In this document: positions 34,189 through 45,251 of the stretch, one piece after another
Position numbering within the stretch: position 1 is the stretch's first letter
Layout: each line of letters begins with the position of its first letter
IMG/VR virus record: IMGVR_UViG_2526164598_000014
Strand: one strand, 5' to 3'
Length of the DNA stretch: 49,244 nt
Source of the DNA: a virus
Lineage: Duplodnaviria > Heunggongvirae > Uroviricota > Caudoviricetes
Program-made: the position numbers and the translations under genes
Notes under the pieces: generated by a model
Told to the model about the DNA's origin: nothing
The model's database searches: none
The model's input: the letters and a program-made list of their open reading frames with translations, nothing else

Positions 34189-34584
34189 ATGACGAAAGAT
34201 GAACTGATTGCCCGTCTCCGTTCGCTGGGTGAGCAACTGAACCGTGATGTCAGCCTGACGGGGACGAAAGAAGAACTGGCGCTCCGTGTGGCAGAGCTGG
34301 AAGAGGAGCTTGATGACACGGATGACGCAGCCGGTCAGGACACGTCTGTCAGCCCGGAAAATGTGCTGACCGTGCATGAAAATGAGGTGGTATCAGCGCA
34401 GCCGGATACCGTGACTGATACGGCTGAACTGGTCACGGTCGTGGCACTGGTGACGCTGCATACTGATGCACTTCACGCCACGCGGGATGAACCTGTGGCA
34501 TTTGTGCTGCCGGGAACGGCGTTTCGTGTCTCTGCCGGTATGGCAGCCGAAATGACAGAGCGCGGCCTGGCCAGAATGCAATAA
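34189..34584 (+). CDS. FI: DNA packaging protein FI
   Basis: ATG at 34189 after GGAGG; MTKDELIARLRSLGEQLNRDVSLTGTKEELALRVAEL... as lambda gpFI. Confidence 0.9.
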   Translation: MTKDELIARLRSLGEQLNRDVSLTGTKEELALRVAELEEELDDTDDAAGQDTSVSPENVLTVHENEVVSAQPDTVTDTAELVTVVALVTLHTDALHATRDEPVAFVLPGTAFRVSAGMAAEMTERGLARMQ

Positions 34585-34595
34585 CGGGAGGCGCT

Positions 34596-34949
34596 GTGGC
34601 TGATTTCGATAACCTGTTCGATGCTGCCATTGCCTGCGCCGATGAAACGATACGCGGGTACATGGGAACGTCAGCCACCATGACATCCGGTGAGCAGTCC
34701 GGTGCTGTGATACGTGGTGTTTTTGATGACCCTGAAAATATCAGCTATGCCGGACAGGGCGTGCGCGTTGAAGGCTCCAGCCCGTCCCTGTTTGTCCGGA
34801 CTGATGATGTGCGGCAGCTGCGGCGCGGCGACACGCTGACCATCGGTGAGGAAAACTTCTGGATAGACCGGATTTCGCCGGATGATGGCGGAAGCTGTCA
34901 TCTCTGGCTTGGGCGGGGCGTACCGCCTGCCGTTAACCGTCGCCGCTGA
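34596..34949 (+). CDS. FII: Head-tail joining protein FII
   Basis: 117-aa ORF (GTG start) matching lambda gpFII. Confidence 0.93.
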   Translation: MADFDNLFDAAIACADETIRGYMGTSATMTSGEQSGAVIRGVFDDPENISYAGQGVRVEGSSPSLFVRTDDVRQLRRGDTLTIGEENFWIDRISPDDGGSCHLWLGRGVPPAVNRRR

Positions 34950-34960
34950 AAGGGGGATGT

Positions 34961-35539
34961 ATGGCCATAAAAGGTCTTGAGCAGGCCGTTGAAAACCTCA
35001 GCCGTATCAGCAGAACGGCGGTGCCCGGTGCCGCCGCAATGGCCATTAACCGCGTTGCTTCATCCGCGATATCGCAGTCGGTGTCACAGGTTGCCCGTGA
35101 GACAAAGGTACGCCGGAAACTGGTAAAGGAAAGGGCCAGGCTGAAAAGGGCCACGGTCAAAAATCCGCAGGCCAGAATCAAGGTTAACCGGGGGGATTTG
35201 CCCGTAATCAAGCTGGGTAATGCGCGGGTTGTCCTTTCGCGCCGCAGGCGTCGTAAAAAGGGGCAGCGTTCATCCCTGAAAGGTGGCGGCAGCGTGCTTG
35301 TGGTGGGTAACCGTCGTATTCCCGGCGCGTTTATTCAGCAACTGAAAAATGGCCGGTGGCATGTCATGCAGCGTGTGGCCGGGAAAAACCGTTACCCCAT
35401 TGATGTGGTGAAAATCCCGATGGCGGTGCCGCTGACCACGGCGTTTAAACAAAATATTGAGCGGATACGGCGTGAACGTCTTCCGAAAGAGCTGGGCTAT
35501 GCGCTGCAGCATCAACTGAGGATGGTAATAAAGCGATGA
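34961..35539 (+). CDS. Z: Tail completion protein Z
   Basis: 192-aa ORF matching lambda gpZ. Confidence 0.95.
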   Translation: MAIKGLEQAVENLSRISRTAVPGAAAMAINRVASSAISQSVSQVARETKVRRKLVKERARLKRATVKNPQARIKVNRGDLPVIKLGNARVVLSRRRRRKKGQRSSLKGGGSVLVVGNRRIPGAFIQQLKNGRWHVMQRVAGKNRYPIDVVKIPMAVPLTTAFKQNIERIRRERLPKELGYALQHQLRMVIKR

Positions 35540-35931
35540 AACATACTGAATTCCGTGCAGCCGTACTGGATGCACTGGAGAAGCATGACACCGGGGCGAC
35601 GTTTTTTGATGGTCGCCCCGCTGTTTTTGATGAGGCGGATTTTCCGGCAGTTGCCGTTTATCTCACCGGCGCTGAATACACGGGCGAAGAGCTGGACAGC
35701 GATACCTGGCAGGCGGAGCTGCATATCGAAGTTTTCCTGCCTGCTCAGGTGCCGGATTCAGAGCTGGATGCGTGGATGGAGTCCCGGATTTATCCGGTGA
35801 TGAGCGATATCCCGGCACTGTCAGATTTGATCACCAGTATGGTGGCCAGCGGCTATGACTACCGGCGCGACGATGATGCGGGCCTGTGGAGTTCAGCCGA
35901 TCTGACTTATGTCATTACCTATGAAATGTGA
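35536..35931 (+). CDS. U: Tail terminator protein U
   Basis: 131-aa ORF matching lambda gpU. Confidence 0.95.
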   Translation: MKHTEFRAAVLDALEKHDTGATFFDGRPAVFDEADFPAVAVYLTGAEYTGEELDSDTWQAELHIEVFLPAQVPDSELDAWMESRIYPVMSDIPALSDLITSMVASGYDYRRDDDAGLWSSADLTYVITYEM

Positions 35932-35938
35932 GGACGCT

Positions 35939-36679
35939 ATGCCTGTACCAAATCCTACAATGCCGGTGAAAGGTGCCGGGACCACCCTGTGGGTTTATAA
36001 GGGGAGCGGTGACCCTTATGCGAATCCGCTTTCAGACGTTGACTGGTCGCGTCTGGCAAAAGTTAAAGACCTGACGCCCGGCGAACTGACCGCTGAGTCC
36101 TATGACGACAGCTATCTCGATGATGAAGATGCAGACTGGACTGCGACCGGGCAGGGGCAGAAATCTGCCGGAGATACCAGCTTCACGCTGGCGTGGATGC
36201 CCGGAGAGCAGGGGCAGCAGGCGCTGCTGGCGTGGTTTAATGAAGGCGATACCCGTGCCTATAAAATCCGCTTCCCGAACGGCACGGTCGATGTGTTCCG
36301 TGGCTGGGTCAGCAGTATCGGTAAGGCGGTGACGGCGAAGGAAGTGATCACCCGCACGGTGAAAGTCACCAATGTGGGACGTCCGTCGATGGCAGAAGAT
36401 CGCAGCATGGTAACAGCGGCAACCGGCATGACCGTGACGCCTGCCAGCACCTCGGTGGTGAAAGGGCAGAGCACCACGCTGACCGTGGCCTTCCAGCCGG
36501 AGGGCGTAACCGACAAGAGCTTTCGTGCGGTGTCTGCGGATAAAACAAAAGCCACCGTGTCGGTCAGTGGTATGACCATCACCGTGAACGGCGTTGCTGC
36601 AGGCAAGGTCAACATTCCGGTTGTATCCGGTAATGGTGAGTTTGCTGCGGTTGCAGAAATTACCGTCACCGCCAGTTAA
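35939..36679 (+). CDS. V: Major tail tube protein V
   Basis: [36 protein letters not shown]... as lambda gpV. Confidence 0.95.
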   Translation: MPVPNPTMPVKGAGTTLWVYKGSGDPYANPLSDVDWSRLAKVKDLTPGELTAESYDDSYLDDEDADWTATGQGQKSAGDTSFTLAWMPGEQGQQALLAWFNEGDTRAYKIRFPNGTVDVFRGWVSSIGKAVTAKEVITRTVKVTNVGRPSMAEDRSMVTAATGMTVTPASTSVVKGQSTTLTVAFQPEGVTDKSFRAVSADKTKATVSVSGMTITVNGVAAGKVNIPVVSGNGEFAAVAEITVTAS

Positions 36680-36694
36680 TCCGGAGAGTCAGCG

Positions 36695-37117
36695 ATGTTC
36701 CTGAAAACCGAATCATTTGAACATAACGGTGTGACCGTCACGCTTTCTGAACTGTCAGCCCTGCAGCGCATTGAGCATCTCGCCCTGATGAAACGGCAGG
36801 CAGAACAGGCGGAGTCAGACAGCAACCGGAAGTTTACTGTGGAAGACGCCATCAGAACCGGCGCGTTTCTGGTGGCGATGTCCCTGTGGCATAACCATCC
36901 GCAGAAGACGCAGATGCCGTCCATGAATGAAGCCGTTAAACAGATTGAGCAGGAAGTGCTTACCACCTGGCCCACGGAGGCAATTTCTCATGCTGAAAAC
37001 GTGGTGTACCGGCTGTCTGGTATGTATGAGTTTGTGGTGAATAATGCCCCTGAACAGACAGAGGACGCCGGGCCCGCAGAGCCTGTTTCTGCGGGAAAGT
37101 GTTCGACGGTGAGCTGA
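36695..37117 (+). CDS. G: Tail assembly chaperone G
   Basis: 140-aa ORF matching lambda gpG. Confidence 0.95.
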   Translation: MFLKTESFEHNGVTVTLSELSALQRIEHLALMKRQAEQAESDSNRKFTVEDAIRTGAFLVAMSLWHNHPQKTQMPSMNEAVKQIEQEVLTTWPTEAISHAENVVYRLSGMYEFVVNNAPEQTEDAGPAEPVSAGKCSTVS

Positions 37118-37533
37118 GTTTTGCCCTGAAACTGGCGCGTGAGATGGGGCGACCCGACTGGCGTGCCATGCTTGCCGGGATGTCATCCACGGAGTATGCC
37201 GACTGGCACCGCTTTTACAGTACCCATTATTTTCATGATGTTCTGCTGGATATGCACTTTTCCGGGCTGACGTACACCGTGCTCAGCCTGTTTTTCAGCG
37301 ATCCGGATATGCATCCGCTGGATTTCAGTCTGCTGAACCGGCGCGAGGCTGACGAAGAGCCTGAAGATGATGTGCTGATGCAGAAAGCGGCAGGGCTTGC
37401 CGGAGGTGTCCGCTTTGGCCCGGACGGGAATGAAGTTATCCCCGCTTCCCCGGATGTGGCGGACATGACGGAGGATGACGTAATGCTGATGACAGTATCA
37501 GAAGGGATCGCAGGAGGAGTCCGGTATGGCTGA
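36695..37533 (+). CDS. T: Tail assembly chaperone G-T fusion (via -1 frameshift)
   Basis: T-frame ORF 37099-37533 lacks own start and matches lambda gpT region as recalled. Confidence 0.85.
37093..37099 (+). other. Programmed -1 ribosomal frameshift slippery heptamer GGGAAAG (G to G-T fusion)
   Basis: Heptamer sits 6 codons before the G stop; downstream T frame opens in -1 frame. Confidence 0.85.
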
Positions 37534-40087
37534 ACCGGTAGGCGATCTGGTCGTTGATTTGAGTCTGGATGCGGCCAGATTTGACGAGCAGATGGCCAGA
37601 GTCAGGCGTCATTTTTCCGGTACGGAAAGTGATGCGAAAAAAACAGCGGCAGTCGTTGAACAGTCGCTGAGCCGACAGGCGCTGGCTGCACAGAAAGCGG
37701 GGATTTCCGTCGGGCAGTATAAAGCCGCCATGCGTATGCTGCCTGCACAGTTCACCGACGTGGCCACGCAGCTTGCAGGCGGGCAAAGTCCGTGGCTGAT
37801 CCTGCTGCAACAGGGGGGGCAGGTGAAGGACTCCTTCGGCGGGATGATCCCCATGTTCAGGGGGCTTGCCGGTGCGATCACCCTGCCGATGGTGGGGGCC
37901 ACCTCGCTGGCGGTGGCGACCGGTGCGCTGGCGTATGCCTGGTATCAGGGCAACTCAACCCTGTCCGATTTCAACAAAACGCTGGTCCTTTCCGGCAATC
38001 AGGCGGGACTGACGGCAGATCGTATGCTGGTCCTGTCCAGAGCCGGGCAGGCGGCAGGGCTGACGTTTAACCAGACCAGCGAGTCACTCAGCGCACTGGT
38101 TAAGGCGGGGGTAAGCGGTGAGGCTCAGATTGCGTCCATCAGCCAGAGTGTGGCGCGTTTCTCCTCTGCATCCGGCGTGGAGGTGGACAAGGTCGCTGAA
38201 GCCTTCGGGAAGCTGACCACAGACCCGACGTCGGGGCTGACGGCGATGGCACGCCAGTTCCATAACGTGACGGCGGAGCAGATTGCGTATGTTGCTCAGT
38301 TGCAGCGTTCCGGCGATGAAGCCGGGGCATTGCAGGCGGCGAACGAGGCCGCAACGAAAGGGTTTGATGACCAGACCCGCCGCCTGAAAGAGAACATGGG
38401 CACGCTGGAGACCTGGGCAGACAGGACAGCACGGGCATTCAAATCCATGTGGGATGCGGTGCTGGATATTGGTCGTCCTGATACCGCGCAGGAGATGCTG
38501 ATTAAGGCAGAGGCTGCGTTTAAGAAAGCAGACGACATCTGGAATCTGCGCAAGGATGATTATTTTGTTAACGATGAAGCGCGGGCGCGTTACTGGGATG
38601 ATCGTGAAAAGGCCCGTCTTGCGCTTGAAGCCGCCCGAAAGAAGGCTGAGCAGCAGACTCAACAGGACAAAAATGCGCAGCAGCAGAGCGATACCGAAGC
38701 GTCACGGCTGAAATATACCGAAGAGGCGCAGAAGGCTTACGAACGGCTGCAGACGCCGCTGGAGAAATATACCGCCCGTCAGGAAGAACTGAACAAGGCA
38801 CTGAAAGACGGGAAAATCCTGCAGGCGGATTACAACACGCTGATGGCGGCGGCGAAAAAGGATTATGAAGCGACGCTGAAAAAGCCGAAACAGTCCGGCG
38901 TGAAGGTGTCTGCGGGCGATCGTCAGGAAGACAGTGCTCATGCTGCCCTGCTGACGCTTCAGGCAGAACTCCGGACGCTGGAGAAGCATGCCGGAGCAAA
39001 TGAGAAAATCAGCCAGCAGCGCCGGGATTTGTGGAAGGCGGAGAGTCAGTTCGCGGTACTGGAGGAGGCGGCGCAACGTCGCCAGCTGTCTGCACAGGAG
39101 AAATCCCTGCTGGCGCATAAAGATGAGACGCTGGAGTACAAACGCCAGCTGGCTGCACTTGGCGACAAGGTTACGTATCAGGAGCGCCTGAACGCGCTGG
39201 CGCAGCAGGCGGATAAATTCGCACAGCAGCAACGGGCAAAACGGGCCGCCATTGATGCAAAAAACCGGGGGCTGACTGACCGGCAGGCAGCGCGGGAAGC
39301 CACGGAACAGCGCCTGAAGGAACAGTATGGCGATAATCCTCTGGCGCTGAATAACGTCATGTCAGAGCAGAAAAAGACCTGGGCGGCTGAAGACCAGCTT
39401 TGCGGGAGCTGGATGGCAGGCCTGAAGTCCGGCTGGAGTGAGTGGGAAGAGAGCGCCACGGACAGTATGTCGCAGGTAAAAAGTGCAGCCACGCAGACCT
39501 TTGATGGTATTGCACAGAATATGGCGGCGATGCTGACCGGCAGTGAGCAGAACTGGCGCAGCTTCACCCGTTCCGTGCTGTCCATGATGACAGAAATTCT
39601 GCTTAAGCAGGCAATGGTGGGGATTGTCGGGAGTATCGGCAGCGCCATTGGCGGGGCTGTTGGTGGCGGCGCATCCGCGTCAGGCGGTACAGCCATTCAG
39701 GCCGCTGCGGCGAAATTCCATTTTGCAACCGGAGGATTTACGGGAACCGGCGGCAAATATGAGCCAGCGGGGATTGTTCACCGTGGTGAATTTGTCTTCA
39801 CGAAGGAGGCAACCAGCCGGATTGGCGTAGGAAATCTTTACCGGCTGATGCGCGGCTATGCCACCGGCGGTTATGTCGGTACACCGGGCAGCATGGCGGA
39901 CAGCCGGTCGCAGGCGTCCGGGACGTTTGAGCAGAATAACCATGTGGTGATTAACAACGACGGCACGAACGGTCAGATAGGGCCACAGGCACTGAAGGCG
40001 GTTTATGACGTAGCCCGTAAGGCGGCAATGGATGTTGTGACCGGGCAGATGCGCGATGGTGGTCTGTTCTCCGGAGGTGGACGATGA
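37526..40087 (+). CDS. H: Tape measure protein H
   Basis: 853-aa ORF matching lambda gpH. Confidence 0.96.
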   Translation: MAEPVGDLVVDLSLDAARFDEQMARVRRHFSGTESDAKKTAAVVEQSLSRQALAAQKAGISVGQYKAAMRMLPAQFTDVATQLAGGQSPWLILLQQGGQVKDSFGGMIPMFRGLAGAITLPMVGATSLAVATGALAYAWYQGNSTLSDFNKTLVLSGNQAGLTADRMLVLSRAGQAAGLTFNQTSESLSALVKAGVSGEAQIASISQSVARFSSASGVEVDKVAEAFGKLTTDPTSGLTAMARQFHNVTAEQIAYVAQLQRSGDEAGALQAANEAATKGFDDQTRRLKENMGTLETWADRTARAFKSMWDAVLDIGRPDTAQEMLIKAEAAFKKADDIWNLRKDDYFVNDEARARYWDDREKARLALEAARKKAEQQTQQDKNAQQQSDTEASRLKYTEEAQKAYERLQTPLEKYTARQEELNKALKDGKILQADYNTLMAAAKKDYEATLKKPKQSGVKVSAGDRQEDSAHAALLTLQAELRTLEKHAGANEKISQQRRDLWKAESQFAVLEEAAQRRQLSAQEKSLLAHKDETLEYKRQLAALGDKVTYQERLNALAQQADKFAQQQRAKRAAIDAKNRGLTDRQAAREATEQRLKEQYGDNPLALNNVMSEQKKTWAAEDQLCGSWMAGLKSGWSEWEESATDSMSQVKSAATQTFDGIAQNMAAMLTGSEQNWRSFTRSVLSMMTEILLKQAMVGIVGSIGSAIGGAVGGGASASGGTAIQAAAAKFHFATGGFTGTGGKYEPAGIVHRGEFVFTKEATSRIGVGNLYRLMRGYATGGYVGTPGSMADSRSQASGTFEQNNHVVINNDGTNGQIGPQALKAVYDVARKAAMDVVTGQMRDGGLFSGGGR

Positions 40088-40413
40088 AAACCTTCCGCTG
40101 GAAAGTGAAACCCGGTATGGATGTGGCTTCGGCCCCTTCTGTAAGAAAGGTGCGCTTTGGTGATGGCTATTCCCAGCGAGCGCCTGCCGGGCTGAATGCC
40201 AACCTGAAAACGTACAGCGTGACGCTTTCTGTTCCCCGTTGGGAGGCCACGGTACTGGAGTCGTTTCTGGAAGAGCACGGGGGCTGGAAGGCCTTTCTGT
40301 GGACGCCGCCTTATGAGTGGCGGCAGATAAAGGTGACCTGCGCAAAATGGTCGTCGCGGGTCAGTATGCTGCGTGTTGAGTTCAGCGCAGAGTTTGAACA
40401 GGTGGTGAACTGA
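40084..40413 (+). CDS. M: Tail tip protein M
   Basis: 109-aa ORF matching lambda gpM. Confidence 0.95.
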   Translation: MKTFRWKVKPGMDVASAPSVRKVRFGDGYSQRAPAGLNANLKTYSVTLSVPRWEATVLESFLEEHGGWKAFLWTPPYEWRQIKVTCAKWSSRVSMLRVEFSAEFEQVVN

Positions 40414-41111
40414 TGCAGGATATCCGGCAGGAAACACTGAATGAATGCACCCGTGCGGAGCAGTCGGCCAGCGTGGTGCTCTGGGAAATCGACCTGACAG
40501 AGGTCGGTGGAGAACGTTATTTTTTCTGTAATGAGCAGAACGAAAAAGGTGAGCCGGTCACCTGGCAGGGGCGACAGTATCAGCCGTATCCCATTCAGGG
40601 GAGCGGTTTTGAACTGAATGGCAAAGGCACCAGTACGCGCCCCACGCTGACGGTTTCTAACCTGTACGGTATGGTCACCGGGATGGCGGCAGATATGCAG
40701 AGTCTGGTCGGCGGAACGGTGGTCCGGCGTAAGGTTTACGCCCGTTTTCTGGATGCGGTGAACTTCGTCAACGGAAACAGTTACGCCGATCCGGAGCAGG
40801 AGGTGATCAGCCGCTGGCGCATTGAGCAGTGCAGCGAACTGAGCGCGGTGAGTGCCTCCTTTGTACTGTCCACGCCGACGGAAACGGATGGCGCTGTTTT
40901 TCCGGGACGTATCATGCTGGCCAACACCTGCACCTGGACCTATCGCGGTGACGAGTGCGGTTATAGCGGTCCGGCTGTCGCGGATGAATATGACCAGCCA
41001 ACGTCCGATATCACGAAGGATAAATGCAGCAAATGCCTGAGCGGTTGTAAGTTCCGCAATAACGTCGGCAACTTTGGCGGCTTCCTTTCCATTAACAAAC
41101 TTTCGCAGTAA
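40413..41111 (+). CDS. L: Tail tip protein L
   Basis: 232-aa ORF matching lambda gpL. Confidence 0.95.
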   Translation: MQDIRQETLNECTRAEQSASVVLWEIDLTEVGGERYFFCNEQNEKGEPVTWQGRQYQPYPIQGSGFELNGKGTSTRPTLTVSNLYGMVTGMAADMQSLVGGTVVRRKVYARFLDAVNFVNGNSYADPEQEVISRWRIEQCSELSAVSASFVLSTPTETDGAVFPGRIMLANTCTWTYRGDECGYSGPAVADEYDQPTSDITKDKCSKCLSGCKFRNNVGNFGGFLSINKLSQ

Positions 41112-41116
41112 ATCCC

Positions 41117-41860
41117 ATGACACAGACAGAATCAGCGATTCTGGCGCACGCCCGGCGATGTGCGCCAGCGGAGTCGTGCGGCTTCGTGGTAAGCACGCCG
41201 GAGGGGGAAAGATATTTCCCCTGCGTGAATATCTCCGGTGAGCCGGAGGCGTATTTCCGTATGTCGCCGGAAGACTGGCTGCAGGCAGAAATGCAGGGTG
41301 AGATTGTGGCGCTGGTCCACAGCCACCCCGGTGGTCTGCCCTGGCTGAGTGAGGCCGACCGGCGGCTGCAGGTGCAGAGTGATTTGCCGTGGTGGCTGGT
41401 CTGCCGGGGGACGATTCATAAGTTCCGCTGTGTGCCGCATCTCACCGGGCGGCGCTTTGAGCACGGTGTGACGGACTGTTACACACTGTTCCGGGATGCT
41501 TATCATCTGGCGGGGATTGAGATGCCGGACTTTCATCGTGAGGATGACTGGTGGCGTAACGGCCAGAATCTCTATCTGGATAATCTGGAGGCGACGGGGC
41601 TGTATCAGGTGCCGTTGTCAGCGGCACAGCCGGGCGATGTGCTGCTGTGCTGTTTTGGTTCATCGGTGCCGAATCACGCCGCAATTTACTGCGGCGACGG
41701 CGAGCTGCTGCACCATATTCCTGAACAACTGAGCAAACGAGAGAGGTACACCGACAAATGGCAGCGACGCACACACTCCCTCTGGCGTCACCGGGCATGG
41801 CGCGCATCTGCCTTTACGGGGATTTACAACGATTTGGTCGCCGCATCGACCTTCGTGTGA
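41117..41860 (+). CDS. K: Tail tip assembly protein K
   Basis: ORF starting MTQTESAILAHARRCAPAESCGFVV... as lambda gpK; overlaps I. Confidence 0.9.
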   Translation: MTQTESAILAHARRCAPAESCGFVVSTPEGERYFPCVNISGEPEAYFRMSPEDWLQAEMQGEIVALVHSHPGGLPWLSEADRRLQVQSDLPWWLVCRGTIHKFRCVPHLTGRRFEHGVTDCYTLFRDAYHLAGIEMPDFHREDDWWRNGQNLYLDNLEATGLYQVPLSAAQPGDVLLCCFGSSVPNHAAIYCGDGELLHHIPEQLSKRERYTDKWQRRTHSLWRHRAWRASAFTGIYNDLVAASTFV

Positions 41861-42429
41861 AAACGGGGGCTGAAGCCATTCGGGCGCTGGCCACACAGCT
41901 CCCGGCGTTTCGTCAGAAACTGAGCGACGGCTGGTATCAGGTACGGATTGCCGGGCAGGATGTCAGCACGTCCGGATTAACGGCGCAGTTATATGAGACT
42001 CTGCCTGATGGCGCTGTGATTCATATTGTTCCCAGAGTCGCCGGGGCCAAGTCAGGTGGCGTATTCCAGATTGTCCTGGGGGCTGCCGCCATTGCCGGAT
42101 CATTCTTTACCGCCGGGGCCACCCTTGCAGCATGGGGGGCAGCCATTGGGGCCGGTGGTATGACCGGCATCCTGTTTTCTCTCGGTGCCAGTATGGTGCT
42201 CGGTGGTGTGGCGCAGATGCTGGCACCGAAAGCCAGAACTCCCCGTACACAGACAACGGATAACGGCAAACAGAACACCTATTTCTCCTCACTGGATAAC
42301 ATGGTTGCCCAGGGCAATGTTCTGCCGGTTCTGTACGGTGAAATGCGCGTGGGGTCGCGGGTGGTCTCTCAGGAGATCAGCACGGCAGACGAAGGGGATG
42401 GTGGTCAGGTTGTGGTGATTGGTCGCTGA
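41758..42429 (+). CDS. I: Tail tip assembly protein I
   Basis: 223-aa ORF matching lambda gpI. Confidence 0.95.
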   Translation: MAATHTLPLASPGMARICLYGDLQRFGRRIDLRVKTGAEAIRALATQLPAFRQKLSDGWYQVRIAGQDVSTSGLTAQLYETLPDGAVIHIVPRVAGAKSGGVFQIVLGAAAIAGSFFTAGATLAAWGAAIGAGGMTGILFSLGASMVLGGVAQMLAPKARTPRTQTTDNGKQNTYFSSLDNMVAQGNVLPVLYGEMRVGSRVVSQEISTADEGDGGQVVVIGR

Positions 42430-45251
42430 TGAAAAACGTTTATGTGAAACCGCCTCCGGGCGGTTTTGTCGTTTATGGAGCGTGAGGAATGGGTAAAGGC
42501 AGCAGTAAGGGGCATACTCCGCGCGAAGCGAAGGACAACCTGAAGTCCACGCAGTTGCTGAGTGTGATCGATGCCATCAGCGAAGGGCCGGTTGAAGGTC
42601 CGGTGGATGGATTAAAAAGCGTGCTGCTGAACAGTACGCCAGTGCTGGACAGTGAGGGGAATACCAATATCTCCGGCGTCACGGTGGTGTTCCGGGCCGG
42701 TGAGCAGGAGCAGACACCGCCGGAGGGATTTGAATCCTCCGGCTCCGAGACGGTGCTGGGTACGGAAGTGAAATACGACACGCCGATCACCCGGACCATC
42801 ACGTCGGCAAACATTGACCGACTGCGTTTTACCTTCGGCGTGCAGGCACTGGTGGAAACCACCTCAAAGGGGGACAGGAATCCGTCGGAAGTCCGCCTGC
42901 TGGTTCAGATCCAGCGTAATGGTGGCTGGGTGACGGAAAAAGACATCACCATTAAGGGCAAAACCACCTCGCAGTATCTGGCCTCGGTGGTGGTGGGTAA
43001 CCTGCCGCCGCGCCCGTTCAATATACGGATGCGCAGGATGACGCCGGACAGCACCACAGACCAGCTGCAGAACAAAACGCTCTGGTCGTCATACACCGAA
43101 ATCATCGATGTGAAACAGGGCTACCCGAACACGGCACTGGTCGGCGTGCAGGTGGATTCGGAGCAGTTCGGCAGCCAGCAGGTGAGCCGTAATTATCATC
43201 TGCGCGGGCGCATTCTGCAGGTGCCGTCGAACTATAGCCCGCAGACGCGGCAATACAGCGGTATCTGGGACGGAACGTTTAAACCGGCATACAGCAACAA
43301 CATGGCCTGGTGTCTGTGGGATATGCTGACCCATCCGCGCTACGGCATGGGGAAACGTCTTGGTGCGGCGGATGTGGACAAATGGGCGCTGTATGTCATC
43401 GGCCAGTACTGCGACCAGTCAGTGCCGGACGGCTTTGGCGGCACGGAGCCGCGCATCACCTGTAATGCGTACCTGACCACACAGCGCAAGGCGTGGGATG
43501 TGCTCAGTGATTTCTGCTCGGCGATGCGCTGTATGCCGGTATGGAACGGGCAGACGCTGACGTTCGTGCAGGACCGACCATCAGATAAGGTGTGGACCTA
43601 TAACCGCAGTAATGTGGTGATGCCGGATGATGGCGCGCCGTTCCGCTACAGCTTCAGCGCCCTGAAGGACCGCCATAATGCCGTTGAGGTGAACTGGATT
43701 GACCCGGATAACGGCTGGGAGACGGCGACAGAGCTTGTGGAGGACACGCAGGCCATTGCCCGTTACGGTCGTAACGTCACGAAGATGGATGCCTTTGGCT
43801 GTACCAGCCGGGGCAGGCACATCGCGCCGGGCTGTGGCTGATTAAAACAGAACTGCTGGAAACGCAGACCGTGGACTTCAGCGTGGGCGCAGAAGGGCTT
43901 CGCCATGTGCCGGGCGATGTCATTGAAATCTGTGATGATGACTATGCCGGTATCAGCATCGGCGGGCGCGTGCTGGCGGTAAACAGCCAGACCCGGACGC
44001 TGACGCTCGACCGTGAAATCACGCTGCCATTCTCCGGTACCACGCTGATAAGCCTGGTTGACGGAAGTGGCAATCCGGTCAGCGTGGAGGTTCAGTCCGT
44101 CACCGACGGCGTGAAGGTGAAAGTGAGCCGTGTTCCTGACGGCGTTGCTGAATACAGCGTGTGGGGGCTGAAGCTGCCGACGCTGCGCCAGCGCCTGTTC
44201 CGCTGCGTGAGTATCCGTGAGAACGACGACGGCACATATGCCATCACCGCCGTGCAGCATGTACCGGAAAAAGAAGCCATCGTGGATAACGGGGCGCACT
44301 TTGACGGCGACCAGAGCGGCACGGTGAATGGTGTCACGCCGCCAGCGGTGCAGCACCTGACTGCCGAAGTCACCGCAGACAGCGGGGAATATCAGGTGCT
44401 GGCGCGCTGGGACACGCCGAAGGTGGTGAAGGGCGTGAGCTTCCTGCTCCGTCTGACCGTAACAGCGGATGACGGCAGTGAGCGGCTGGTCAGCACGGCC
44501 CGGACGACGGAAACCACTTACCGCTTCACACAACTGGCGCTGGGGAACTACAGGCTGACAGTCCGGGCAGTAAATGCGTGGGGGCAGCAGGGCGATCCGG
44601 CGTCGGTATCGTTCCGGATTGCCGCACCGGCAGCGCCGTCGCGGATTGAGCTGACGCCGGGCTATTTTCAGATAACCGCCACGCCGCATCTTGCGGTTTA
44701 TGATCCGACGGTACAGTTTGAGTTCTGGTTCTCGGAAAAGCGGATTGCGGATATCAGGCAGGTTGAAACCACAGCACGCTATCTTGGCACGGCGCTGTAC
44801 TGGATAGCCGCCAGTATCAATATCAAACCGGGCCATGATTATTACTTTTATATCCGCAGTGTGAACACCGTTGGCAAATCGGCATTCGTGGAGGCTGTTG
44901 GTCAGCCGAGTGATGATGCATCCGGTTATCTGGATTTTTTCAAAGGCGAGATAGGGAAAACCCATCTGGCTCAGGAGCTGTGGACGCAGATTGATAACGG
45001 TCAGCTTGCGCCTGACCTGGCTGAAATCAGGACGTCCATTACGGATGTCAGCAATGAAATCACGCAGACCGTCAATAAGAAACTGGAAAACCAGAGTGCG
45101 GCAATTCAGCAGATACAGAAGGTTCAGGTTGATACAAATAATAACCTGAACAGCATGTGGGCTGTGAAGCTGCAGCAGATGCAGGACGGACGCCTTTATA
45201 TCGCGGGTATTGGTGCCGGTAGTAAGCGGCTCGTCAGAACCGTATTGATAT

